The translations under genes and the position numbers were made by a program. Shown one piece after another: positions 9,311-19,100 of a stretch of 64,000 nt of DNA. Source of the DNA: Candidatus Eiseniibacteriota bacterium (GTDB lineage Bacteria > Eisenbacteria > RBG-16-71-46 > CAVPCR01); assembly GCA_963823555.1 (NCBI GenBank), contig CAWGMA010000002.1, positions 448,001-512,000 on the forward strand, read 5' to 3'. The notes beneath the pieces are model-generated. The model searched no databases. It was not told the origin of the DNA and saw nothing but the letters and a program-made list of their open reading frames with translations. Positions within the stretch are counted from its first letter, which is position 1, and the number at the start of each line of letters is the position of its first letter.

Positions 9311-10051
9311 ATGGTGCGTTTGAGCCTGTTGCTCGTGATCCTCGGGGCGGCGACCGCGCCGTCCCTTGCCGCGACGCCGGTCCTGTGGGACATCACGCAT
9401 GGTGTCTATAGCGGCTACGAGCCGGGAGTTCGGTACTCCGATCTCGCGGCATCGCTCGCCAGCCTCGGTTACACGATCGAGACCACGGATCAGGGCATCG
9501 ACAACGTCGATCTCGGAGCCTATGCCATTCTCGTCGTCGGCGCCGGGAGCTGCTATGACACGCCGTACACGGCGGCGGAAGCGGCGGCCGCCCAGGCCTA
9601 TGCTGCGGGAGGGGGCAGCATCCTCATCCTCGGGGACAATCCCGGGGTCTGGCCCGATCATCTGAATCCGCTTGCCCAGGCTCTGGGCACGACGACGGCG
9701 ACAGGCGGGGTGGATCCGGATGACCTTGTGGTCACCAGCTTCGCGGCTCATCCCATCTTCTCCGGCATCACGACGATCACGATGCGAGCCGCGGGGGAGC
9801 TCCAGGCCGATTCCTCGGTGCCGGTGGCCTGGGCGCCCACCGGGGAGATCGTGGCGACGGCCGGCGCCACCGAGAAGGTCGTCGTGCTCGGAGATCTCAA
9901 CCTCTTCGAGAACAACTATCTCGCCACGACCGACAATGCCGCCTTCGCCTCGAGTCTCTTCACCTGGCTCCACGAGCCCGCTCCGGTCGAGGGCGCGACC
10001 TGGGGAGCGATCAAGGCGATCTGGTCCGCTCGGCGCCAGGCAGGCTTGTAG
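9311..10051 (+). CDS. Secreted DUF4350/GATase-like fold protein with TWGxIK tail
   Basis: GGAGG RBS; signal peptide; 'WDITHG', 'GGSILILGD', 'KVVVLGD'; ends 'ATWGAIKAIW...'. Confidence 0.65.
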   Translation: MVRLSLLLVILGAATAPSLAATPVLWDITHGVYSGYEPGVRYSDLAASLASLGYTIETTDQGIDNVDLGAYAILVVGAGSCYDTPYTAAEAAAAQAYAAGGGSILILGDNPGVWPDHLNPLAQALGTTTATGGVDPDDLVVTSFAAHPIFSGITTITMRAAGELQADSSVPVAWAPTGEIVATAGATEKVVVLGDLNLFENNYLATTDNAAFASSLFTWLHEPAPVEGATWGAIKAIWSARRQAGL

Positions 10052-10077
10052 GCGGTGCCCCACAACGAACGGACCCG

Positions 10078-10689
10078 CTAATCATCGCGACCGGCCGTCG
10101 ATCGCGAAGCCGCCTGGATCCATACCAGGAAGAGACGGGCCATGGCGGACGCCGGCAAACCCTCTCCTGACAAGGAAAGCCAGGTGGAGAAGCGGACGGC
10201 AAGCCCGATGATCGCGGGGAGGTAGGAGGCAGCGGGTGGATTGGGTTGCCAGCGAACGAGGAGATCGTCGCGAACGCCGGCGAGGTAACCGTCGAAGGCG
10301 GCCATCGGGGCTTCGAGCGCAGGGACGCGGTCCCGGTCGCGATAGGCTGCCTTCCACATGCGCGCGGTGTGCTCGTAGTAGCCATAGAGGAGGCTCAGGG
10401 CCTCGACGGTCCGCGCCCCGGCCTCCGCTCGGTCGGCCCAGAGCGAGGGATCGGGCGGTGGGTTGAGCTCGATCCAGCGCGAGGTGCAGGCGGTGAAGAT
10501 GGCCGCTTCATCATGGAAGTGGCGATAGACAGTGAGCCTCTGCACGCCGGCCCTCTTCGCGATGGCGGTGACCGTCGTCTCTCGCGGGCCCAGCTCCTCG
10601 TGCAAGGCCATGGCTGCCTCCACGATCCGGTTTCGTGTCCGCAACTGATTGTCAGCGCGTTGCTTGAGGGTATATTTTCGCGTCTTCAT
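10078..10689 (-). CDS. TetR/AcrR family transcriptional regulator
   Basis: N-terminal HTH 'TTVTAIAKRAGVQRLTVYRHF'. Alternative start at 10701. Confidence 0.92.
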   Translation of the reverse strand: MKTRKYTLKQRADNQLRTRNRIVEAAMALHEELGPRETTVTAIAKRAGVQRLTVYRHFHDEAAIFTACTSRWIELNPPPDPSLWADRAEAGARTVEALSLLYGYYEHTARMWKAAYRDRDRVPALEAPMAAFDGYLAGVRDDLLVRWQPNPPAASYLPAIIGLAVRFSTWLSLSGEGLPASAMARLFLVWIQAASRSTAGRDD

Positions 10690-10694
10690 TTCAA

Positions 10695-10773
10695 TGATCA
10701 TACACGTTCATTTAATTCTTGACAAGTCGCCTTCACCCGGAGTAGTCTCGCTTTCGTTAAACACTATTGTTCA
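10695..10773. promoter_or_regulatory. Two imperfect TGAACA-N4-TGTTCA operators flanking a sigma70 promoter
   Basis: TGATCA-TACA-CGTTCA (10695-10710) and TAAACA-CTAT-TGTTCA (10758-10773); TTGACA 10719-10724 and TAGTCT 10743-10748. Confidence 0.6.
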
Positions 10774-10826
10774 CCTATATCAAAGGGTGGACTCTTGCAA
10801 CCGAGACGCTCGGAAGGAGAACGACG

Positions 10827-11630
10827 ATGAACGGTCCCGTGATGCTCCCCCCGCAGCAGGTGGCTCCCGACACGGTGGTGCTCCCGTCCTATTTCCCCAT
10901 CCCCGGACTCGGGGTCCTCCCCATCCATTCCTTCCTGATCCGTGGCGCCGAGCCGGTGCTCGTGGATACCGGTCTCGCGGCCCTCCGTACCGAGTACCTC
11001 GAGCAGCTGCGCTCCATGATCGATGTCGCCGATCTCCGCTGGATCTGGATCACTCACGCCGATGCCGATCACATCGGGAACCTCGCGCCCATCCTCGCCG
11101 AGGCGACACAGGCGCGGGTCGTCACCACCTTCCTCGGTCTCGGCAAGCTCGGCCTTCATCAGATCGCCGTGGAGAGTCCCTACCTCCTGAATCCCGGTCA
11201 GAGCCTCGATCTCGGTGACCGCAAGCTCGTGGCCATGCGTCCACCCACTTACGACGCTCCCGAGACGACCGGTTTCCTTGACACCGCGACCCGCATCCTA
11301 TTCACCGCCGACAGCTTTGGTGCGCTGCTCGAGGAGCCGGCCGAGACAGCCAGCGACATCGGCGACGGTCTCCGCTCGGGACTCGTGACCTGGGCCACGA
11401 TCGATGCCCCCTGGCTTGGCTCGATCACCGAGATCGCGCTGGCCGACTCGCTGCGCACTGTTCGCGACCTGGACCCGAGCGCGATCCTCTCGAGCCACCT
11501 GCCTCCGGCGCGCGGCATGAACGATCGATTGCTCTCGCTTCTAGGCAGTGCCGCCAAGGCGCCGGCTTTCGTCGGCCCCGATCAGGCCGCCCTCGAGTCG
11601 ATGACGACCGCCGCCGGCGCAAGCCGCTAG
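10827..11630 (+). CDS. MBL-fold metalloprotein (FprA N-terminal/ODP-like di-iron)
   Basis: AAGGAG RBS; 'VLVDTG', 'THADADHIG', 'LFTADSFG'. Confidence 0.85.
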   Translation: MNGPVMLPPQQVAPDTVVLPSYFPIPGLGVLPIHSFLIRGAEPVLVDTGLAALRTEYLEQLRSMIDVADLRWIWITHADADHIGNLAPILAEATQARVVTTFLGLGKLGLHQIAVESPYLLNPGQSLDLGDRKLVAMRPPTYDAPETTGFLDTATRILFTADSFGALLEEPAETASDIGDGLRSGLVTWATIDAPWLGSITEIALADSLRTVRDLDPSAILSSHLPPARGMNDRLLSLLGSAAKAPAFVGPDQAALESMTTAAGASR

Positions 11631-13966
11631 GCGTCGAGTGGCGGGCTCTCTTCCCGCTCACGCATCCTGACCGGCGAGGCGGCGAGCCGATCGAAGCGGA
11701 TCGCCTGTCCTCGCCGGTCCGCCTGGCCGAAGGCGAGGACACCGGTGGGGCAGCTCTGGATGCAGGCGGAGCAGCGGACGCACTCGGGGTCGGCCATCGG
11801 CTCGCCCTTGTTGGCGAAGTTCATGACATCGATGCCCTGGTGGCACACCGCAGTGCAGACATTGCAGGAGATGCACTTCTTCTTGTCGGCGAAGATGCGG
11901 AAGCGGGAAAAGCGGGCATAGACGTGCATGAGGGCGGCCAGGGGGCAGAGGAACCGGCACCAGAAGCGACCCGAGTACCAGAAGTAGACGCCATAGCCGA
12001 TGACGCCCGCGAGGAAGACATCGACACCCCACTTGTAGTCATGGAGGAGTCGGTCGAACGGGCGATCGAATGCGTTCCCCGGTGGCAGCGCCCAGCCGGC
12101 GATGCGCACGAAGAGGAGCAGCACGGCGATCGCGAGGATCACCTGTCCCGCCATGTTGAAGCGGTTCCAGCGCGGGCCGTGCGGCATCTTGTGGCGGTGG
12201 GTGTCGCCGAGCGTCTCGGCCAGGGCGCCACAGGAGCAGATCCACCCGCAATACACTCCCTTGCCGAAATGGTAGATGCCGAGCGGGATCAGGACGAGCG
12301 TCTGCACGGCCGCGATCGCGAGCCACCACCCAAGCGGCTGCGGAGTGAACACGTTGTAGACGTTGAGCGGCCAGGCGAGGACGAAGCCATAGGCGCGCCA
12401 GAACTCGCGCCCGTGTCCGTAGCCCACGATCGGGAAGAGCGGGTCGGCGATGCTGGCGGGGAGCAGCCCGTTGTGATGGAGCAGCGGGAGGATGATCTCC
12501 GGCAGGAGGAAGAGCGGCACCACCTGGATCGCCATCAGCGTGATCGTCTGGGCGGTGACGTAGGGCGTGCGCCGCCTGCGGATGCGGCGCACACCGAAGA
12601 TGATGACGAGGAGGCTGTAGGCGACCGTGTACCAGAAGGCCGGGCCGGCGGCACTCACGGCGAAGGTCCCGATGAGCGTGCGCGGATCGACGGCCGCGGA
12701 GGCGATCGAGCCCCCGGCTGCGGTGAGGAGCGCCGGCAGATTGAACGGGAACCAGTGGTTCTCGGCGAAGAGGGCCGCCATGCGGCCGCCCGACTTCCAG
12801 TTGTAGAGCCAGAGCGCGAACAGAAGGAAGAGCGCGAGGCCCCCCCAGAACCGCCAGCCCCGCTCACCCGTGATGCGCACGCCGGAGCGGCGGAAGAAGT
12901 CGAGCGGCGGTTCGCGCCCGATCATGGGGAAGACGACGTCGTTCGGAAGCGCCTCGGTCCCGCCGTCGCCAGCGGCAAGGATGACCTCGTGGGGGCGGAT
13001 CTCCCGGACCTCGGTGCCGAGGCGGAGATCGATCTTGCCGGTGACGGGGGCGGGGGCGACAAAGGGGCCCATCGCCGTCGTCACCCGTTCCGAGCTGGGA
13101 TGCTCGATCGTGACCGGCGCATGGGGTTCGGCGCGGAGCATCTCGAGCTTCTCGAGGTTATCCGCCTTGGGTCGCGACCACTCGGCGCGACGGTAGGACA
13201 GGGTGACCTCGCTCCCGCCCTCGGCGAGCGCGATCGCGGATTCGAGCGCCGAGTCGCCACCACCGACGACGAGAGTCTTCCGGCCGGCGAAGTCGCGCGG
13301 GTCGTGGAGGCGGTTGAAGACCTTGTCGAGGCGCTCGCCGGGAACTCCGAGGCGACGGAACTCGCCGCTCCGGCCGATGGCGACGAGCACGCGCCGCGCG
13401 CGCATCACCTCGCCGCCGGCGAGATGGATGACGAACCGATCATGCCCACGCTCCACCCGCTCGGCGCGGGCGTGCCGCGGCTCGATCCCGGCCGCTGCGA
13501 CCTGGGCCCGGAGCTCGGCCAGGAGCTCTTCCTTGACGGTGGCCGTCACCTGGAGCCCGCCGGCGGGGATCATCTCCCGGGGATAGGTGTAGATCGGCTT
13601 CCGCCGCGGGAAGTTGGCGATCGTCGAGAACGTCTCGCTCGACTCGAGGAGGGCGAAGTCGAGGCCCCGCTGCCGCGCTTCGACCGCCGCCGCCATACCG
13701 GCCACTCCGCCGCCGATGATGGCGAAATCGACGACATCGGGGTCGCGGTCACGATGCGCGCGGAGCTCATCGGCCACGCGCGCGGCCACCCGCGCCCCGC
13801 CGTCGAGGGCGAACTTGAGAAGCGGGATCCCGGAGAGATCCCCGGCTACGAAGAGGCCTGGAACGTTCGTCGATCCGTCGGGCCCGACCTCTGGCAGCCG
13901 CTCGATGGTGCCGGCCGGCCAGCGGGTGTGAAGCCAGCAGACGTACCGCCTGAGCCAGCCCATCAT
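11627..13966 (-). CDS. FAD/NAD(P)H oxidoreductase fused to a NapH/MauN-like membrane 2x[4Fe-4S] domain
   Basis: IIGGGVAG and VVGGGDSA; multiple TM helices; CGWICSCG, WCRFLCP, CISCNVCTAVCH, CVRCSACIQSCP. Confidence 0.85.
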   Translation of the reverse strand: MMGWLRRYVCWLHTRWPAGTIERLPEVGPDGSTNVPGLFVAGDLSGIPLLKFALDGGARVAARVADELRAHRDRDPDVVDFAIIGGGVAGMAAAVEARQRGLDFALLESSETFSTIANFPRRKPIYTYPREMIPAGGLQVTATVKEELLAELRAQVAAAGIEPRHARAERVERGHDRFVIHLAGGEVMRARRVLVAIGRSGEFRRLGVPGERLDKVFNRLHDPRDFAGRKTLVVGGGDSALESAIALAEGGSEVTLSYRRAEWSRPKADNLEKLEMLRAEPHAPVTIEHPSSERVTTAMGPFVAPAPVTGKIDLRLGTEVREIRPHEVILAAGDGGTEALPNDVVFPMIGREPPLDFFRRSGVRITGERGWRFWGGLALFLLFALWLYNWKSGGRMAALFAENHWFPFNLPALLTAAGGSIASAAVDPRTLIGTFAVSAAGPAFWYTVAYSLLVIIFGVRRIRRRRTPYVTAQTITLMAIQVVPLFLLPEIILPLLHHNGLLPASIADPLFPIVGYGHGREFWRAYGFVLAWPLNVYNVFTPQPLGWWLAIAAVQTLVLIPLGIYHFGKGVYCGWICSCGALAETLGDTHRHKMPHGPRWNRFNMAGQVILAIAVLLLFVRIAGWALPPGNAFDRPFDRLLHDYKWGVDVFLAGVIGYGVYFWYSGRFWCRFLCPLAALMHVYARFSRFRIFADKKKCISCNVCTAVCHQGIDVMNFANKGEPMADPECVRCSACIQSCPTGVLAFGQADRRGQAIRFDRLAASPVRMREREESPPLDA

Positions 13967-13994
13967 GCCGTGGTGTGCTCTGCCGGCCGGATTC

Positions 13995-14396
13995 TCACAG
14001 GAGCCCGACGTCCTCGGTCGCGGCGAGCACGACGAAGACGCGCTCGTTGTTCTCGTTGGGATCGGCGGGGACCAGGAAGAACCCGGTTCGTGTCGGCTCG
14101 TAGCCGGTCGTCGTCCCGATCATCGTCTCCCCGTCCTTGAACTTCACCTTGACCTTGCGGCCGGTGACCGGCTTTCCCGTCTCGAACTCGAGCTTGGGGT
14201 TGTAGGCGGGGTTTCCTGCCAGGTCCTTCACGAAGAACACCGCCTTCAGTTCCGCGATCACGATCTCGATGGTGTTGGCGTCCGCCGCGGCGTCCGTGGG
14301 AGAGAGGTGGAAGAGGGGTTTGGTGGGGCGGAAGTCGGCCGTGAAGCCCTTGAGCAACCGGCCATCCTGGTACCGGGCCACGATCTTGTTCTTCAT
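13995..14396 (-). CDS. Conserved hypothetical protein (DUF6982-like)
   Basis: 'KIVARYQDGRLLKG..DF', 'LKAVFFVKD', 'GFFLVPADP..NNER'; family recalled from memory. Confidence 0.7.
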   Translation of the reverse strand: MKNKIVARYQDGRLLKGFTADFRPTKPLFHLSPTDAAADANTIEIVIAELKAVFFVKDLAGNPAYNPKLEFETGKPVTGRKVKVKFKDGETMIGTTTGYEPTRTGFFLVPADPNENNERVFVVLAATEDVGLL

Positions 14397-14576
14397 CCTC
14401 GCCTCGTACCGGAGTCGCACTGAGCGGCCCCCGCCTGCTTCCCGATTCAAGGCCGATATCCCGGCGAAAGCTATCAGGAGGCCGCGGCTCCGTCAATTGC
14501 CGGCTCCCCTCATGTCTCAGGACACGCCCCTGCGTGGTAGGCTCCCGCGACAGGGCTGTCCGGCCCCGGAGGAGCG

Positions 14577-16097
14577 ATGAGCACGGTTTCCTTTCTCATC
14601 TCCTTTGCCGTCTACACGCTCGGCATCGTTGCCGTTGGTGTCTACTCGGCCCGGTATGCTCGCGAATCGGACGAGGACTTCTTTCTCGCCGGTCGCTCTC
14701 TCGGGGGCTGGATCGCTGCGCTGTCGGCTTCCGCCTCGAGCGAGTCCGGGTGGGTCACGCTGGGGCTCGTCGGCTGGGCCTTCACGTCGGGGGTGAGCGC
14801 CTACTGGATCATGCCGGGCTGCCTCCTCGGATTTCTGTTCAACTGGTTCGTCATTGCCGGTCGCCTGCATGATCGGTCGCGCGCGCTCGGCGCGCTGACG
14901 GTCCCCGACTTCTTCGCCCTGAGCTTCCGGGAACGAATCCCGATCCTGCGCTCGATCGCCGTCCTGGTGATCCTTGTCGCCATGATGCTCTACGTGGCCG
15001 CACAGCTCGCCGCGGCGGGGAAGGCCTTCTCTGCCAGCTTCGAGGCCATCGACTACCGGGTCGGCGTGCTGATCGGGGCCGCGGTCGTTCTCCTCTACAC
15101 CGTGCTCGGCGGGTTCCGCGCCGTGTGCTGGACCGATCTCCTGCAGGCGCTCCTGATGGTGGGAGCGCTCGTCGTGTTTCCGCTCTATCTGCTGGCGACG
15201 ACCGACGGCGGGTTCGGTGCGATCCGCTCCCAGCTCCGGGCCGTGGATCCGGAGCTCTTGCGTTTCGTGCCCGAGAAGGGTGGGGCCGCGCTCCTCGGCT
15301 TCTTCCTGGGGTCCGGGGCTCTCGGCATCAACTTCGGCTATCCCGGCCAGCCGCATGTGCTCGTGCGCTTCATGGCGCTCAAGAGCAGGCGCGAGGCTCT
15401 GGTCGGCGGGGTCGTGGCCTTCTTGTGGGGGGCGCTCGTCTACTGGGGCGCGGTGACCGTGGGGATCATGGCCCGAGCGTTGACCGAGGGCGGTGCGGCG
15501 TGGGGCCGGCTCATGCTCGACAACCCGGAGATCTACGGTGAGCTCGGACTCGTGCTGGCCGCCGGCAACCTCCTGCCCGGGGTGCTCGGGGGGCTCGTGC
15601 TGGCCGCCGTGCTGGCCGCCATCTGCTCGACCGCCGACAGCCAGCTCGTGGTGGCCGCCAGTGCCGCCGCCAACGATCTCGGCCGGCGTATCCTCGGCCG
15701 CGGCCGGGAAGGGAATGCGGCGAGGCCCGGCGGCATCTCCCATCTGCTCTTGAACCGCGGCGTCGTGCTCGCGCTCGGACTCGGGGCCGTGGCGCTCGTC
15801 ATCGATCGCGACGTGCGTGTCTACCAGTACGTACTGACCTATGGCTGGGCGATCCTCGGCGCCTCTTTCGGGCCGCAGGTGATCCTCCTCCTCCTGTGGC
15901 CGCGGGCATCCTATGCGGGGTGCATTGCCGGGATGCTCACCGGGTTCGCCGTCGCCATCGGCTGGCAGCTCACCTACGATGCCAGCCGCACCGGCATCGA
16001 GATCTACAACCTGCCTCTGGCCTTCGTCGCCGCCTTTCTCGTCAACGTCGTTGTGAGCCTGGCGCGCCCGGATCGCGAGCCGCCACGGTCGGTCTGA
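14577..16097 (+). CDS. putP: Sodium/proline symporter (SSS family)
   Basis: 'DFFLAGRSLG', 'ALSASASSESGW', 'GGFRAVCWTD', 'GYPGQPHVLVRFMA'; about 13 TM helices. Confidence 0.9.
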   Translation: MSTVSFLISFAVYTLGIVAVGVYSARYARESDEDFFLAGRSLGGWIAALSASASSESGWVTLGLVGWAFTSGVSAYWIMPGCLLGFLFNWFVIAGRLHDRSRALGALTVPDFFALSFRERIPILRSIAVLVILVAMMLYVAAQLAAAGKAFSASFEAIDYRVGVLIGAAVVLLYTVLGGFRAVCWTDLLQALLMVGALVVFPLYLLATTDGGFGAIRSQLRAVDPELLRFVPEKGGAALLGFFLGSGALGINFGYPGQPHVLVRFMALKSRREALVGGVVAFLWGALVYWGAVTVGIMARALTEGGAAWGRLMLDNPEIYGELGLVLAAGNLLPGVLGGLVLAAVLAAICSTADSQLVVAASAAANDLGRRILGRGREGNAARPGGISHLLLNRGVVLALGLGAVALVIDRDVRVYQYVLTYGWAILGASFGPQVILLLLWPRASYAGCIAGMLTGFAVAIGWQLTYDASRTGIEIYNLPLAFVAAFLVNVVVSLARPDREPPRSV

Positions 16098-16128
16098 CGT
16101 CCGACGCTCGATTCAGCGACCAATGGCC

Positions 16129-19100
16129 CTATCGCACGAGAATCAGCTTTCGCGTGGCCGTGCCGCTCGCGGCTTCGAGGCGGTAGAAGTAGACGCCCGC
16201 CGCCTGGTCGCGGCCGCGCCCATCACGGCCGTCCCAGGCCACCCGGTGCCGCCCCGCCGCTTCATGACCCGCGATGAGGGTTCGCACCAGGCGGCCGTCG
16301 GCCGAGTAGATCGCGAGCCGCACGCGGCCGGCAGCGGGAAGGGCATAGCCGATCGCGGTCGGGGGTCGGAAGGGATTGGGGCTGTTCTGTTCGAGAAGGA
16401 GCGCGGGCGCGGCCGGCACCGGGGTGTCGTCGAGTCCCACCTCGACCGGGGTCGTGTAGTTGGAGGTGTGGCGCGGGTCGTGGGCGAACTGGGTCCAGGC
16501 CAGAGCCGCGGCCGAGTAGGCGCTCCCGATCGCGAATACGTGTACCTCGCCGTCGTTCGTGCGCACCACGAGGTCGAACCGCCCGTCGCGGTCGATGTCG
16601 GTGGCGACCGGCGTCGCCTCGACCTCTCCCGAGAACAGGAGCGGCCAGCCCGGCTCCTCGGTACAGGTGCCGAGTAACGGATCCGCTTCGAACAGGAAGA
16701 GGCCGAATGTGCTCGACCCAGCTCCGATCTCGAGACCGGGATCCCCGTCCAGATTGGCGATGATCGGCTGCGCGTTCACGTTCTGCTGGCTCACGTTGGT
16801 CATGTTGAGTCCGGGGAGCGGGATCGTGTCGCGGCAATCGAGCGCGTAGCCGGAGGCGTTGTCGTGCTGGAAGACCAGGATGGTGGCAGCACCGAGCACC
16901 GGGGTCGAGGGCGGCGGCAGCGTGATCCCCGAGGTACCGATCAGGATCTCGAGATCTCCGTCGCCGTCGAGGTCGGCAAGGCTCGGCGGATGGATGTAAT
17001 TGCCTGGGCTGTAGAGATTCCCCGGGATGGCGAGATCCCCGACCCAGCTCCGTTCGATGGAGCCGGTCGCGGAGATGATGAAGATCGAGTTGGCTGCCGG
17101 TCCGGTGGAGGCATTGCCCTGTGCGACCACGACCTCGAGCATCCCATCCTGATCCACGTCCCCGATGGCGGGGTTGGACAGCGGCCGATTCGCTCCCACG
17201 TCGCGCGTCCAGAGCAGCGTGCCGTCTCCGCTCCAGGCGTAGACCTCCCCGCGGAAGGTGGGGAAGATCACCTCGGCCGTGAGTTCGTTGCCGTCGATGT
17301 CGGCAAGACCCGGGGTCGCGTAGTTGATGATCGAGCCGTTGGGGAGCGCAGCGAACGCGCCGCCGGGGAAGGCCGGGTTCACGGCGGTCCCGTCGTGGTG
17401 CCAGGCATAGAGGGTGTCCATGTCCGAACCCACGACGATCTCGTAGTCCCCGTCGCCATCGAGATCGCCGATCGCGGGCGAGGAGTACTTGGGAACGCAG
17501 CGGCGGCCGAAACGAAGATCTCCGGTCAGCGCGTCGACGACCCACAGCGAATCGTCCCAGGCGCTGATCGCGATCTCCACCCGGCCGTCGCCGTCGAGAT
17601 CGGCGGCGGCCGGCGAGCTGAAGAAGGCGCCCGTGGCGCCCTGCGTCATCTCATCGAGCGTGCGCCGCGGCCGGAAGATGGTGCCGTCCGGGTTCCCCGG
17701 GATGACCGGCGTGCCATCGGCATGCCAGCCGTAAAGGGCGTTACCGAGGGCGAAGATCTCGGGCCTCTGATCGCCATCGACATCCAGGACCAGGGGCGAG
17801 GATGGAGTGCCGGCATCCAGTGCCCGCGGCCAACCCGGGAGCTCGGGAATCCACGTGTCGGTGGTGGTGAATCCCGACCACGCGCTCTCGTTACCCGAGC
17901 TGTCGCGTGCAGCGACGGCGAAGACCCAGGTCGTGTCCGCGGCCAGGCCCGTATCCTGGAAGCTCCGGGTCGAGTCGCGGCCCGCGGCGGCGATCAGGGT
18001 GAACTCGGGCGCAGCGAGGAGACGCCGGTAGATGTTGTAGCCGGCCAGATCGGGGGCGCAGGCGGGCGCTGTCCAGCTGAGACGGATGCTGCCGCCGTGT
18101 ACCGCCTCGGCCTCGAGCCCGGTGGGCGGGCAGGGGCGCATGAGGTCGAGCGACGACTGCTCCCAGGTGCGGACCGAGCCATCGGGGAACTGGTTCGTCA
18201 AGGCCACGGTGAACCGCGCGGTCGTGGTATCGGTGCCGACGACGGCAAATGAATCCGCCGGAACACCGGTCTCCGAATTTCCCGCAAGGACGCCGAAAGT
18301 CACGACCGAGTCGGTGACGCTGCCGGTTCCGGACACGAGACGGAGCCTGGCCCCGGCCGCGCCGGCCACACCGCTCCCCGTGTTGCGGACCACGGGGCCG
18401 ATCGAACCCGCGCCGGCGATGATCGCGGCCTCTTGCCGCGCGTAGGTGAGGACGGGTGCGGCCGCCGGGAAGGAGAAGCTCGAGCGCCCGATCGGCGCAC
18501 TGGCTCCATCACGGATCTGCATCTCGAGACGTGGCTCGTGGCGATCGGGAATCTCCGCGGTGAAGCCCAGGACGAAGCGCGCCTCGGCCGTGGCTCCAGG
18601 CGCCATGTTGCCGAGGGCGGCCGTTGCGGCCGGAACGAGGGTCCAGGCTCCTTCCGCCGCGGTGAATTCCAGGCTGTCGACATCGCCGGCAACCTGGGCC
18701 GTGAAGGCGAAGGCCACCGAGTCGCGCCCGACGGTCACCCACTGGTCGCCGGGTTCGAGACCGCCGCCGGTTGCCGACGCGAAAGCACCGGGAATCTTGC
18801 AGCCGCCCGCAATGGTCATCCCCGGCGGCGCCGGCGCCGCCGGACCGCGCACGATCAGATGCCAGCGGTTGCCATCGCGCCAGATGAAGCCCCCGGCCTC
18901 GTTCGTGGTGATGAGGGCCTGTGGGCGGCCGTTCGGGCTCACGCCATGGAACTCATCCTCAGGGAAGCGGAACGTGCAGCCGTCACCGCCCGGCGGGTGT
19001 CCGTCGAACGCCCCGGCGAAGAGACGTTCGGGCGCGCACTGGCCATCGACCTCGGCACTGAGCGACACCGCGCCGACCACCTGGAGCTCGGCAGCGGCCC

